The notes beneath the pieces were generated by a model. The model had not been told where the DNA came from, made no database searches, and saw only the letters and a program-made list of their open reading frames with translations. Both the position numbers and the translations under genes were made by a program. Shown piece after piece: positions 30,072-40,538 of a DNA stretch of 64,000 nucleotides. Numbering within the stretch: the stretch's first letter is position 1; every line of letters starts with the position of its first letter. Source of the stretch: Candidatus Latescibacterota bacterium (GTDB lineage: Bacteria; Latescibacterota; UBA2968; UBA8231); the NCBI GenBank assembly GCA_965206595.1, contig OZ242214.1, positions 2,240,001-2,304,000 of the forward strand, written 5' to 3'.

Positions 30072-32075
30072 TTACCAGTAGTGCACGCGGTGGCCCTCGG
30101 CGGGGAACCAGATCGCGTCGGTGATTCCGGATAGAACCACACCGGCGACGTAGCCGACTCCGAACCCGTAGAAGAAGGGCTTGCCCGCCTGATAGGCGCT
30201 GCCGCCTCCGTAGCGCAGCAGCGTCAGCTTGACGATCCAGACCAGCAGCAGGCTGAACCAGTAGTGCACGAGGCCGGGGGCGTACTGGAAGGCGAGCCCG
30301 ACCGGGTGCAGGGCGAACCAGTGAAAACGGCCTCGAAGGTAGGCGAGTCCGGCCGCTTCGAGAAACCCCGTCAGCCAGACCCCCCACTTGCCGAGGTCGA
30401 AGGCCCGCGGGTGGTTGAGCAGCGTCGCGATCTGCGGATAGACGTTGAAGGCGTAGGGCAGGTGCACGGCCCCGCCCTGGTCGTAGGCCACGGTGATGCT
30501 GGCCAGCGAGGCGACCAGGCAGCCGGTGGGGAAGGCGATCAGCACCACCGCGCAGACGCGGCCGGGCTGCGCGCGCAGGGAGAAAATCCGCAGGTGATGG
30601 GGCAGAGCCGGCCAGGCCGGCAGGCGGATGTTGCCGAAGAAGGCCTGGCTGACGAACAGCTTGAAGGCGACGACGTTCTTCGCCGACAGGTTGGCCGAGC
30701 CGACGAGGTCGGTGATGAACAGCCCCCCCTTGGCGTTGGCCCAGGTCGGCATCAGGTAGGGAAACCCGGTCGCCGCGATCAGCTTGATGGTGACGAAGAA
30801 GGACATCGCCATCAGCGCGAAGGTCGCCGCGGCCAGCGGCAGGCTCGCCCCCAGGCTGACGCCGAAGGCGATGACGCAGGCCGCCGAGACCGCCATGCCC
30901 GCGGCGGCGATCCGGTACATGCGGACGTCCGCGGGGTCGCCCTCGCCGCGCGCGATGCTCCCCCAGACGTCGCGCAAGTGGCGCCGCGCCAGCCACAGCG
31001 ACCATAGTGCGATGCAGACGATGGCGCCGTAGCTCTCCATGTCGAGGATGTCCCCGCTGCCGAGCTGCTGTCCCGACGAGCCGACGCTGACCCCGATCTG
31101 GTCCATCGCCCCGATCTTGGCGACCGCCAGGAGGTAGAAAAGCACCAGGCTGCCGAGGATGTCGAGCGGACAGAGGTAGACCAGGGCGAGCACCAGTGGC
31201 AGCACGCGCAGCATCGGAGCGGGCCAGGGGCGCGGCAGCGTGACCTGGAAGCGCTCGAGGTAGAACTCCGCCACCGGCAGCCCGGGGGTGAACCAGGTGC
31301 CGATGTTGTAGAACAGGGGCAGGAAGACCACCCCGAAACCGATCCAGAAGAGGCGCGAATGGAACAGGTCCGGCAGCCGCCGCGGTCCGTCGAAACCGCG
31401 GGTCAGCTCCAGCGGCATCTGCGCCAGGGGGAAGGTCAGCCTCTCCGCTTCGATCCACTGGCGCCGGAACAGGATCACCAGGCAGAGGCCGAAGACGACC
31501 ATCGCCAGCGACGCCCCGAGCCAGCGGGCGATGGCCCCTGCCCAGGCGTCCCAGGGCAGGGGCATCCCTTCCGGAAGGCCGAGCCAGAAGGTGTGGATGA
31601 CGCGTTCGCTCGGTTCGGGGAAGGCGTTCCAGGGCATCCAGGGAAGAATCAGGGTGTCCCACTGGTTCTCCGCGGTGGCCATGAAGTACGGGGCACCCAT
31701 GATGGCGGCCCAGTAGTCGCTCCACCCCCACATCGGCAGGGCGCCGACGATCCACGTCATCGAGAAGATGGTGAGCAGCTCCCCCCGGGTAAGCGCCGCG
31801 CGGGGCGAGATCGACTTGAGCAGGACGTTGAGGAAGATCCAGAGCACGAAGGGGATGACGGCCACCATCGGGTACTGGGAGAGCACGAAGGTGCTCGAGG
31901 CGAGGTTGATGCCGACGAGGATGATCAGGCAGTAGAACCAGGCGGCGATGGTGAGGGCGCCGACCAGCACCCCGCGCCAGGTGATCCTCAGCCCTTCACC
32001 GTCTTCCCCTTCCGCCACCGAATCCCGGTAGCCTGGGCGTTTTATCCTGCTGTCCGTCGTCGACACTGATTCCAC
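30072..32075 (-). CDS. DUF6785/DUF6784-like polytopic membrane protein (putative transporter)
   Basis: RRQWIEAERLTFPLAQMP, FALHPVG, LLRYGG, KPFFYG. Confidence 0.72.
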   Translation of the reverse strand: MESVSTTDSRIKRPGYRDSVAEGEDGEGLRITWRGVLVGALTIAAWFYCLIILVGINLASSTFVLSQYPMVAVIPFVLWIFLNVLLKSISPRAALTRGELLTIFSMTWIVGALPMWGWSDYWAAIMGAPYFMATAENQWDTLILPWMPWNAFPEPSERVIHTFWLGLPEGMPLPWDAWAGAIARWLGASLAMVVFGLCLVILFRRQWIEAERLTFPLAQMPLELTRGFDGPRRLPDLFHSRLFWIGFGVVFLPLFYNIGTWFTPGLPVAEFYLERFQVTLPRPWPAPMLRVLPLVLALVYLCPLDILGSLVLFYLLAVAKIGAMDQIGVSVGSSGQQLGSGDILDMESYGAIVCIALWSLWLARRHLRDVWGSIARGEGDPADVRMYRIAAAGMAVSAACVIAFGVSLGASLPLAAATFALMAMSFFVTIKLIAATGFPYLMPTWANAKGGLFITDLVGSANLSAKNVVAFKLFVSQAFFGNIRLPAWPALPHHLRIFSLRAQPGRVCAVVLIAFPTGCLVASLASITVAYDQGGAVHLPYAFNVYPQIATLLNHPRAFDLGKWGVWLTGFLEAAGLAYLRGRFHWFALHPVGLAFQYAPGLVHYWFSLLLVWIVKLTLLRYGGGSAYQAGKPFFYGFGVGYVAGVVLSGITDAIWFPAEGHRVHYW

Positions 32076-32295
32076 CCTGAATCGGATTTTCCTGACCGTC
32101 CCCCCCGCGAAGGGCCGGCGGAATCTATGCCCGGCACGGCCCCCCTTCCATCGGCGAGACCGAGGTAGCGGAGCCGCATATCGCCCGGGCAGCGGAATAT
32201 TATCTTTTCATACACTGAAAAACTTGCCAGGTTGCACCGCGGCCCGGGGCGGAACCGGCCACAGCCAGGGGCCTTCCGATGCGCACTCACCTTCG

Positions 32296-34608
32296 ATGAA
32301 GCTCTTCCAGTACCTCCGAGCCGGCTCCACCTGCTTCCCGGTTGCCGCTCTCGCCCTGTCGCTGGGCCTCGCGTCCTGCTCCTCCCCCACCGGTCCGGGC
32401 AGGACCGCGGTCATAGCGACCGTCGTCGGCAACGGCATCGCCGGCGACAACGGCGACGGCCTCCCGGGACCGGAGACCTCCCTCTACCTCCCCCAGGACA
32501 TGACCTTCGGTCCGGACGGGGTGCTGTACCTCTCCGACTGGAACAACCACCGCGTCCGCCGCCTCGTCGACGGCGTCGTCGAGACCGTGGCCGGCTCCGG
32601 TGAGTTGGGGGACGCCCTCGACGGCCCCGCCCTCGAAACCCGGTTCAACCATCCGACCAGCATCGCCTTCGATCGCGATGGCCGCATGGTGATCGCCGCC
32701 TGGCACAACAGCAAGGTGAAAAGGGTCGACCTCGTCACCGGGAGCATCGAGAACATCGCCGGCAACGGCGACCGCAACTTCGGAGGCGACGGCGGCCCCG
32801 GCAACGAGGCGATCCTCGACCTGCCGAGTTCGGTCGCCGTCGACGCGGTGGGCAACATCCTGATATCGGACCAGGCCAACCAGCGCATCCGGCTGCTGGA
32901 GCCGAACGGCACCATCACCACCATCTGCGGCGACGGCGAGCCCGGGTACTCCGGAGACGGAGACGTGGCGGAGAGCGCCCGCCTCAATTCCCCCTCCGGG
33001 CAGTCCGCGCCCCCCTCCGGCAGGATCTCCCTCGACGCCTTCGACCGCATCTACATCGCCGACACCGGCAACCACGTCGTCCGCGTGATCGACAACGACC
33101 GCCGCATCCGCACCATCGCCGGCACCGGCAGACGCGGCTACAGCGGCGACGGCGGAGCGGCGACCGAGGCCCGGCTCAATACTCCCAGCGACGTCGCCGT
33201 CGCCGGCGACGGGACCGTCTACATCGCCGACACCATGAACCACGTCATCCGCAGGATCGACCCGGACGGAGTCATCACTACCTTCGCCGGCACCGGCGAA
33301 CGCGGCTTCGACGGCGACGGGGGAGTGCCCGGCGCCGCCCTGCTCGACCGGCCGTACGGGGTGGCGATCTCTCCGGACGGGGAGCTCTACATCGCCGACA
33401 CCCACAACCACCGGGTGCGCCGGGTCACCGCGGACGAGTCCGCCGCCGAAGTCGTCGAGGCCGTCGAACCGGAACCGGTGGAGGTCGTTGCCTGCACCGA
33501 TACCCCCGGGAGTATCTGCACCTGGGCCGGCACCGGCCGGAGCGGCTTCAACGGCGACGGCAACGAGCGCCTGCAGACCGACCTATACTGGCCCTTCGAC
33601 GTCGAGTTCACCCCGAGCGGCCGCCGTATCCTCCTCGACTGGAACAACCACACCGTCCGCGAGATCCTGCCGGACGAGACCCTGACTACGATCATGGGGA
33701 CCTACTTCGTCGGCGACGGCCCCGAGGATCTGAGCGACCTCGCCGAGCCGGGGGCCGACCCGCTCGCCGTCAACCTCAACCACCCGACCGACGTCATGGA
33801 GCTCGCCAACGGCGACCTCGTGCTGATGGCCTGGCACAACCACAAGATCCGCCTCCTCAGCGCGGACAGCGGCCGCGTCCTCGTGATCGCCGGACGGCAT
33901 GCCGATTTCGCCGGCGACGGCGGTCCGGCGCGCGACGCCCTGGTCAACCAGCCGCCGCACGCGGTGATCGACGGCCGCGGCAACCTGATCTTCATCGACC
34001 AGCGCAACCAGCGCATCCGCGCCATCGCCGATTTCCTCGGGCAGCGGGAGGACGGCATCATCGCCACCATCGCCGGGACCGGCGATCAGGGGTTCAACGG
34101 CGACGGTCCGGGGCCCTCGGCCCAGGTGGCCTTTCCCGCGGGGGGAAACCCGGAACCGAGCGGCGGCTTGGCCCTGGGCGCCGACGGCAGCCTCTACTTC
34201 GCCGATACCCACAACCACCGCATACGCCGGATCGACTTCGGCGGCGAGACGCTTTCCGACAACATGGTCACGACCGTGGCCGGCACCGGGGAGCCCGGTT
34301 TCAGCGGCGACGGCGGCCCCGCGGCCGGGGCGGCGATCAATTTTCCCCAGGACATGGAGATCGGGCCGGACGGCCTCCTCTATTTCGCCGACACCGACAA
34401 CCACCGGGTGCGCCGCATCGACCTCGTCGAAGGGACCATCGAGACGGTGGCCGGCAGCGGCGAGAAAGGGTACCGCGGCGACGGCGGGCGAGCCCGCGAT
34501 GCCGCCTTCAACCGCCCCTTCGGAGTCGCCTTCGACGCCGGCGGGGCGCTCTACGTTTCCGACACCTTCAACGGACGCATTCGCAAAGTGATCCTGGAGA
34601 GCCGATGA
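32296..34608 (+). CDS. NHL-repeat (teneurin-like beta-propeller) lipoprotein, two propellers
   Basis: GLASC lipobox; repeated YIADTxNHRVR and TIAGTG.RGYSGDGG. Confidence 0.9.
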   Translation: MKLFQYLRAGSTCFPVAALALSLGLASCSSPTGPGRTAVIATVVGNGIAGDNGDGLPGPETSLYLPQDMTFGPDGVLYLSDWNNHRVRRLVDGVVETVAGSGELGDALDGPALETRFNHPTSIAFDRDGRMVIAAWHNSKVKRVDLVTGSIENIAGNGDRNFGGDGGPGNEAILDLPSSVAVDAVGNILISDQANQRIRLLEPNGTITTICGDGEPGYSGDGDVAESARLNSPSGQSAPPSGRISLDAFDRIYIADTGNHVVRVIDNDRRIRTIAGTGRRGYSGDGGAATEARLNTPSDVAVAGDGTVYIADTMNHVIRRIDPDGVITTFAGTGERGFDGDGGVPGAALLDRPYGVAISPDGELYIADTHNHRVRRVTADESAAEVVEAVEPEPVEVVACTDTPGSICTWAGTGRSGFNGDGNERLQTDLYWPFDVEFTPSGRRILLDWNNHTVREILPDETLTTIMGTYFVGDGPEDLSDLAEPGADPLAVNLNHPTDVMELANGDLVLMAWHNHKIRLLSADSGRVLVIAGRHADFAGDGGPARDALVNQPPHAVIDGRGNLIFIDQRNQRIRAIADFLGQREDGIIATIAGTGDQGFNGDGPGPSAQVAFPAGGNPEPSGGLALGADGSLYFADTHNHRIRRIDFGGETLSDNMVTTVAGTGEPGFSGDGGPAAGAAINFPQDMEIGPDGLLYFADTDNHRVRRIDLVEGTIETVAGSGEKGYRGDGGRARDAAFNRPFGVAFDAGGALYVSDTFNGRIRKVILESR

Positions 34609-35099
34609 GCCGACGCAAACCCAGACGCAGCGGACCTGCCCTTTTCGCCGCCCTTGCCGGGACCCTCGCCCTGGCCGCCTGCGGCAAGGGGCCGACGAAA
34701 GAGGAGAACGGCCCCGAACCGGTGTTCGCCGCCGACTACCTCGAGACCTTCACGGAAGTCCGCGACTGCCGTTTCAGCAGCTCCCACCCCGGGATGATCC
34801 GGGTGCTGGTCAACGACATCGGGGCGGCGGCCTACCTGGCCGGCGAGAACCCGCTGCCGGTCGGCACGGTCGTCGTCAAGGAGGTGTTCGACGGTACTAC
34901 CTGCGGGGATTACGGCGAGCTGGGGATGTGGGCGGCGATGCGCAAGGAGGCGTCCGGCTTCGATCCGGAGGACGGCGACTGGCACTGGCAGGACGTGCTG
35001 CCGGAGCGCTCGGTGCCGAACGACACCAAAACGCGCTGCATCGCCTGTCACAGCAGGGACGAGTGCGCCCCCAGGGATTTCATGTGCACCGAGGAGTAG
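34605..35099 (+). CDS. Cytochrome P460-family lipoprotein
   Basis: LAAC lipobox; LPVGTVVVKE, MRKEASGFDPEDGDWHW, C-terminal CIACH. Confidence 0.8.
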   Translation: MSRRKPRRSGPALFAALAGTLALAACGKGPTKEENGPEPVFAADYLETFTEVRDCRFSSSHPGMIRVLVNDIGAAAYLAGENPLPVGTVVVKEVFDGTTCGDYGELGMWAAMRKEASGFDPEDGDWHWQDVLPERSVPNDTKTRCIACHSRDECAPRDFMCTEE

Positions 35100-35173
35100 C
35101 GGGAATCCCTGCGCGCCGCCCCCGCTTCGCGCCGCCTCCGACCCGGCCTGCTCGAAGCGGTTTCCCCGGCTGG

Positions 35174-36307
35174 ATGCCCGGCCTCCTGGCCATCCCCCTT
35201 CCCCTCGCGTCCCTGCTGCTCGGCGCCGGCTGCGGCAGCGACGCCCCGACCTCGGGCGTACCGGCGGCATGCGACGAGCCGGGGGTGATCTGCACCGTCG
35301 CCGGCACCGGGCTGCGCCAGTTCGACGGCGACGGCCGGGAAGCGCGGGAAACCTCCCTCTACAACCCCCTCGACGTCGAGTTCGACCGCCGCGGGCGCCC
35401 CCTCATCCTCGACTGGAACAACCTGCGGGTCAGGCGGATAAACGACGACGGCACCGTCGAGACCGTCATCGGCCAGGATTTCGAGGGGGCCGCCGAGGAC
35501 GGCGCCCTGGCCGTCGACACGCCGCTGCACCACCCGGGGGATCTCGAGATCGACGCCGCCGGCAACATCTACATCGCCTCCAACCACATCTCCAACGTCA
35601 TCCGCCTCGACGGGGACGACCGCGTAACCGTGGTCGCCGGGACGGACCAGTACGGGTACGAGGGGGACGGCGGCCCGGCGCTGGAAGCGGTGCTGGCGGC
35701 CCCCTTCGGGGTCCTGCCGGCAGGGGACGGCGGCTTCTACATCAGCGACACCGAAGCCCACGTGGTCCGGCACGTCGACTCCGGGGGGATCATCACCACG
35801 GTAGCCGGCAACGGCATCCGCGGCTTCTCCGGCGACGGCGGTCCCGGCTCCGAAGCGCAGCTCGACGGGCCCACGCGCCTCCGCCTCGACGGGGAGGGCC
35901 GACTGTACATCTGCGACACCCGCAACCACCGCATCCGCCGGCTCGACGGCGACGGCGTCATCGCCACAGTCGCCGGCACCGGGAACCCCGGCTTCGCCGG
36001 CGACGGGGGGCCGGCGCTCGAGGCGCAGCTGAACGCGCCGTTCGATCTGCGTTTCGCCCGCGGCGCCCTGTTCATCGCCGACTCGGGCAACAACGCGGTG
36101 CGCCGCATCGGAAGCGACGGCGCCATCGCCACCGTCGTCGGCACCGGGGAGGCCGGTTTCTCCGGCGACGAGGGGGACGCCCGTCTCTGTACCCTCAACC
36201 GGCCCTCCGCCATCGCCTTGGCGAGCGACGGTTCGCTCTGGATCGCCGACACCTTCAACCAGCGAATCCGCCGCGTCGCCGGCTTTCTCGAGGCCCGGGG
36301 CGGATGA
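35174..36307 (+). CDS. NHL-repeat lipoprotein
   Basis: GAGC lipobox; NHL repeats. Confidence 0.88.
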   Translation: MPGLLAIPLPLASLLLGAGCGSDAPTSGVPAACDEPGVICTVAGTGLRQFDGDGREARETSLYNPLDVEFDRRGRPLILDWNNLRVRRINDDGTVETVIGQDFEGAAEDGALAVDTPLHHPGDLEIDAAGNIYIASNHISNVIRLDGDDRVTVVAGTDQYGYEGDGGPALEAVLAAPFGVLPAGDGGFYISDTEAHVVRHVDSGGIITTVAGNGIRGFSGDGGPGSEAQLDGPTRLRLDGEGRLYICDTRNHRIRRLDGDGVIATVAGTGNPGFAGDGGPALEAQLNAPFDLRFARGALFIADSGNNAVRRIGSDGAIATVVGTGEAGFSGDEGDARLCTLNRPSAIALASDGSLWIADTFNQRIRRVAGFLEARGG

Positions 36308-37419
36308 GACGAACCCCGGCCCTGCTGCCGGTGCTCCTGCTGCTGAGCGGTTGCGGCGATCGCGCCACCAGTGGCAACGGTGCGCCGGAGGCAGGCCGGA
36401 TCGACACCTATGCCGGCACCGGAAAAGCCGGATTTTCCGGAGACGGCGGAGCCGCGGGCAGGGCGCAGCTGCACACCCCCGTCGGCGTCGCCCCGGGACC
36501 GGCAGGCGACCTGGTAGTCGTCGACTTCGGCAATCACCGCATCCGTGCCATCGCCCCGGAGACGGAGGTCATCACCACTCTGGCCGGCGGCGACGGCAGC
36601 GCCCCCCTGCTCTTTCCCACGGATATCGCCTTTGCGGGCGGGGATTTCTTCGTGACGAGCTGGGGCTCGCACCAGGTATTCCGCTACCGCGACCGGGGGC
36701 GGGTCACCGCGGCCGGGACGGGCGAACAGGGATGCGCGGAGAGCGGGGGCCCTGCCGATGCCGCGGCGATCAGCCGGCCGCGAGCCGTAGGCCTGCTCGC
36801 CGACGGCACCCTCCTGCTCGCCGCGCAGGGCTGCCGGCGCCTGCTCGCCCTTTCTCCATCCGGGGAGCTGAGCCTCTGGGCGGGCACCGGGGCGGCGGGG
36901 TACGGTGGGGACGACGGACCTGCTCTGGAGGCGACCTTCGGCGCCACGGATCCCGGCGGCCTGGTCCCCGGCTTCGGTTTCGCCCTCAGCCCCGAGAACC
37001 CTCCCGACGAGCTCTTCGTCGCCGACACCGGCAACCACGTAATCCGGGAAATCAACCTCTTCGACGGCACCATCAGAACCTTCGCCGGCACCGGTGAACC
37101 TGGATTTGCCGACGGCCCGCCGCGGTCGGCGGCCTTCAACCGGCCGGCGGCCGTCTTCGTGTCGGAGGACCACACGGTCTGGGTCGCCGACACCGGCAAC
37201 CACGCCATTCGCCGCATCGACCCGCTGCAGATCGAGGTGGCGACGGTTGCCGGGACCGGCAGGGCAGGGTACAACGGAGACGGGATCCCGGCGCTCGAGG
37301 CCCGGCTCGACCATCCGGCAGGGGTATACGTCACCGGGGAGGGTGTGATGTATATTGCCGACAGCGGCAATCACCGCATCCGCAGAGTGAGCCTTCCGGG
37401 ATACGGACCTCTGCCATGA
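36304..37419 (+). CDS. NHL-repeat lipoprotein
   Basis: LSGC lipobox; NHL repeats; ATGA overlap. Confidence 0.88.
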   Translation: MRRTPALLPVLLLLSGCGDRATSGNGAPEAGRIDTYAGTGKAGFSGDGGAAGRAQLHTPVGVAPGPAGDLVVVDFGNHRIRAIAPETEVITTLAGGDGSAPLLFPTDIAFAGGDFFVTSWGSHQVFRYRDRGRVTAAGTGEQGCAESGGPADAAAISRPRAVGLLADGTLLLAAQGCRRLLALSPSGELSLWAGTGAAGYGGDDGPALEATFGATDPGGLVPGFGFALSPENPPDELFVADTGNHVIREINLFDGTIRTFAGTGEPGFADGPPRSAAFNRPAAVFVSEDHTVWVADTGNHAIRRIDPLQIEVATVAGTGRAGYNGDGIPALEARLDHPAGVYVTGEGVMYIADSGNHRIRRVSLPGYGPLP

Positions 37420-37621
37420 GCCTGATCCCCCCCGAAGTCGCCATGACCTGGGGCCGGGGATCCGCGATCGCTCGGGGATCCCCGATCCGCCGAGATCCGC
37501 GAGCTCGACGCCGGGAACGGCCTGCCGCAGCGGATCAAATGATGCAGCGCAACCCTTTTTTTTGCAGCGGAACCCTGAAAGGGAGTTCCCCGGCGTTCCG
37601 CGAGTACCGACGGCAAATCCC

Positions 37622-38695
37622 ATGAATGCAACGAACAGACGCAGCGTGATCCTTTCGGCGATCTCCCTCGGCCTGGCCGCGGCCCTGGGGTGCTCGTCGC
37701 CGACCGACAACGGCAACGGAAACGGCGAGCCCGCGGGACCGCCGGCCTGGAAGCTCGTGCAGCAGGAGCTGCCCTCGGCGCTGATGTCCGTACAGGTCGT
37801 CTCCAACGGCGACGTCTACGCCGTCGGCAGCGACGTCGAGGACGGCCGGGGGCCGTACGTGCTGCGCTTCGACGGAAGCAACTGGACCCGCCTGGAAACC
37901 GGCGCCGGCGGTGATTTGTGGTGGGTGCACGAGGTCGGCCCGGACGAAATCTGGATGAGCGGCACCAACCGGCTCGTGCTGCGCTACCAACCCTCGACGG
38001 GGACCTTCACCCAGTTCGACGCCGGCGAGGGGCCGGAAATCCTCTACGGCATCTGGGGGTTGAGCGGCGACGACATCTGGGCGGTGGGCGGCCAGAAATG
38101 CGGGGTCGCCCTGCGCTTCGACGGAAGCAGTTGGCTCGAGCTCGAGCTGCCGGAGCTCGAGGGGGCGGTCTGTCTGCCCAACCTCTTCAAGGTCTGGGGC
38201 CCCGCGGCCGACGAGGTCTGGATGGTTGGAGAGCGGGGCGTCGTCCTCTCCTTCGACGGCTCTGCTATCTCCCTGCAGCAGACCGAATCGGGGCGCACTC
38301 TGTTCACCGTGCACGGCGACGCCAACGGGGAGCTGATAACCGCGGTCGGGGGACAGCTGTCGGGAGAGATCTGGGAGCTGGTCGACGGGGTCTGGACCGA
38401 AGTGACCCCCGAGCGCACGCGGCAGATGCTCGGCGTCAACGTCGGGCGGGGCGGGGAGGCGGTAGCGGTCGGGGAAGACGCCTCGAGCGTCCGCCGCGGC
38501 AGCGATGGCTGGGCGCTCGAGGAGAACGGCCTTTTCGACGCGGTCGGCGATCTCACCTTTCACGCCGTGTGGAGCGATGCGGACAGCAATGCCTGGGCGG
38601 TCGGAGGGCAGCTGCTGATCGGTCCGTTCGACCGCGGCATGGTCGCCTTCTACGGCCCGGACACCCCCTCTTCCGAGATCGTCAACGGCCGCTGA
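37622..38695 (+). CDS. Beta-propeller lipoprotein (LxxVWG..xxVWAVG repeats)
   Basis: ALGC lipobox; LYGIWGLSGDDIWAVG, LFKVWGPAADEVWMVG. Confidence 0.78.
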   Translation: MNATNRRSVILSAISLGLAAALGCSSPTDNGNGNGEPAGPPAWKLVQQELPSALMSVQVVSNGDVYAVGSDVEDGRGPYVLRFDGSNWTRLETGAGGDLWWVHEVGPDEIWMSGTNRLVLRYQPSTGTFTQFDAGEGPEILYGIWGLSGDDIWAVGGQKCGVALRFDGSSWLELELPELEGAVCLPNLFKVWGPAADEVWMVGERGVVLSFDGSAISLQQTESGRTLFTVHGDANGELITAVGGQLSGEIWELVDGVWTEVTPERTRQMLGVNVGRGGEAVAVGEDASSVRRGSDGWALEENGLFDAVGDLTFHAVWSDADSNAWAVGGQLLIGPFDRGMVAFYGPDTPSSEIVNGR

Positions 38696-38814
38696 CCCGG
38701 CTTGCCGGAGGCTCCGGCGCCAGGCAGGCACGAGCATCCGGCAGCAGACTCGGCCTCTCACCGGAGTCCCGCGAGCGGTTGCCCTTTCCGCTCTACCTTG
38801 CGGAGAATTTCCCC

Positions 38815-39627
38815 ATGCGAAAGCCCAGCCGCGCGCTGCTGCGCACGGCCTCCGCAGTCGCCTGCGCCGTTGCCGCGGCCGGATGCGGCGACGGCGGCAG
38901 CGCTGAGAAGGGCAGCGTCGCCATCCGCTTCGAGCACGAGGTCGACGGCGCCGTCCTGGAGCTCGGAACCGGCATCTACACCAACGCCGCCGGCAACCAG
39001 TACTCCGTCACGCACCTCGAGTACATCATCACGGAAGTCTCGCTGGCGGGTGCCGACGGCGGCGCCGTCGAGATCGCCGGCCGCCACTACCTCAACGAGT
39101 CCTGCAGCGGATCCAGGCAGCTCTCCGCCGAGATTCCCGGCGGCTCCTACAGCGCCCTGCGTTTCCGTTTCGGGATCGGCCAAGAGGCGAACGTCAGCGG
39201 CGGGCTGCCGAACGAGACCGCGTACAACAACATGGCCTGGCCGGACAACATGGGAGGCGGCTACCACTACATGCGCCTCGAAGGGCTGTACGACGACGAC
39301 GACGAGGTCGCCAGCTTCCTGTCGCACACCGGCCCGACCGCGGCGAAGGACTTCTCCTTCGTCGTCGAGCTGCCGCTCGTCCTCGAGGTCGACGACGGCG
39401 ACTGGGAGATCTCCGTCGTCATGAACATCAACAGCTGGTTCGACGATCCCCTGTACGACTTCACCGGCACCGGGATGATCATGGGGAACGCCGACGCCCA
39501 GGTCCTTCACCGCGACAACGGCGCCAACCTTTTCACCGTCTCCGGGGTATCCCGCGGCAACAGGGAGGACCAGACCCACGAAATGGAGGAGTGTGCAGGC
39601 GGTGGAGGGATGCGCCCCGAGGGCTAG
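38815..39627 (+). CDS. MbnP-family lipoprotein
   Basis: YTNAAGNQYSVTHLEYIITEVSL, GSYSALRFRFGI, MAWPDNMGGGYHYMRLEG; adjacent to a bCcP/MauG-type gene. Confidence 0.75.
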   Translation: MRKPSRALLRTASAVACAVAAAGCGDGGSAEKGSVAIRFEHEVDGAVLELGTGIYTNAAGNQYSVTHLEYIITEVSLAGADGGAVEIAGRHYLNESCSGSRQLSAEIPGGSYSALRFRFGIGQEANVSGGLPNETAYNNMAWPDNMGGGYHYMRLEGLYDDDDEVASFLSHTGPTAAKDFSFVVELPLVLEVDDGDWEISVVMNINSWFDDPLYDFTGTGMIMGNADAQVLHRDNGANLFTVSGVSRGNREDQTHEMEECAGGGGMRPEG

Positions 39628-39733
39628 AGCGATTGGGATGAGATTTCACCTCCTTGCGACGATGGATCGGGTCGCAGTTTCCCCACGCCTCCGGGGCCGG
39701 CGGCCAGGACCACCCTGTTCGGGCGATTGGCCT

Positions 39734-40399
39734 GTGTCTGGCAGCACTGAAAGACCGCCGGTCCACTCCCTGCTGATCGCCCTGGCGGCCGCGGGGCTCA
39801 CCGGCTGCGGCGGGGAATCCGTTCCGGGGCCGGAGGCCGGTCCGACGCCGTACGAACTCGCCATCCCCGAGGGTTTCCCGCCGATGGCCGTCCCGCCCGA
39901 CAACCCGATGACGGAGGAAGGGGTCGCCCTCGGCAGGCGCCTGTTCTTCGACCCGATCCTGTCGGCCGACAGCGCCACCTCCTGCGCGACCTGTCACCGC
40001 CCGGAGTTCGTCTTCGGCGATTCCGGACCGCTCAGCCGCGGCTTCGGCGGCCCCACGAGGAGAAACTCGATGCCGCTGGCCAACGCCGGCTGGGCGCGGT
40101 CGCTGTTCTCCGGGCGCATCGCCGTCAGCGGCAGGCGCCTCGACTACGGCAGGTTCAAGTCGCCGGGCATGCGCAACGTCGAGTTCACCGCCCCCTACAT
40201 GCACGACGGCCGCTTCCGGACCCTCGAGGAGGTGCTCGACCACTACGACTCGGGCTTGCACCTGAACGAGTTCCTCGACCCCCTGCTGCTGCGTTTCCGC
40301 GAGCCGCGCGACTTCACCCGCGAGGAGCGCGAGGCCCTGGTCGCCTTTCTGCTGACCCTGTCCGACCGCGAGTTCACCAGGCCGATGTCGGGCAGATGA
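39734..40399 (+). pseudogene. MbnH/MauG-like cytochrome c peroxidase with in-frame internal deletion
   Basis: PPDNPMT..GVALGRRLFFD, SCATCH, RNSMPL, then jumps directly to GRFKSPGMRNV..TAPYMHDG; WDGR segment and second CxxCH absent. Confidence 0.75.
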
Positions 40400-40538
40400 C
40401 GAGGAAGGCCCCGGGTGACGGCTGCCTCGCCATCTGGGCTGCCGCTGCCGTCACGCCGCCGGCAACCTGCTCCCCGGGATGCGGTCCAGCGCCGAGTTGT
40501 TGCGATCTCCGGGGGAAAAGGGGCAAATTTCCTCGACC

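Noticed and set aside
9946-31755. Apparent giant fusions (972-aa, 762-aa, 803-aa, 744-aa, 941-aa ORFs)
   Set aside because: Only the C-terminal parts are protein-like and have their own starts; upstream parts are off-frame read-through
39655-39676. TGCGAC-N10-GTCGCA palindrome between mbnP and the mbnH-like gene
   Set aside because: Spacer is 10 rather than 7 and there is no TAGGTT at the matching distance; not counted as a WYL box
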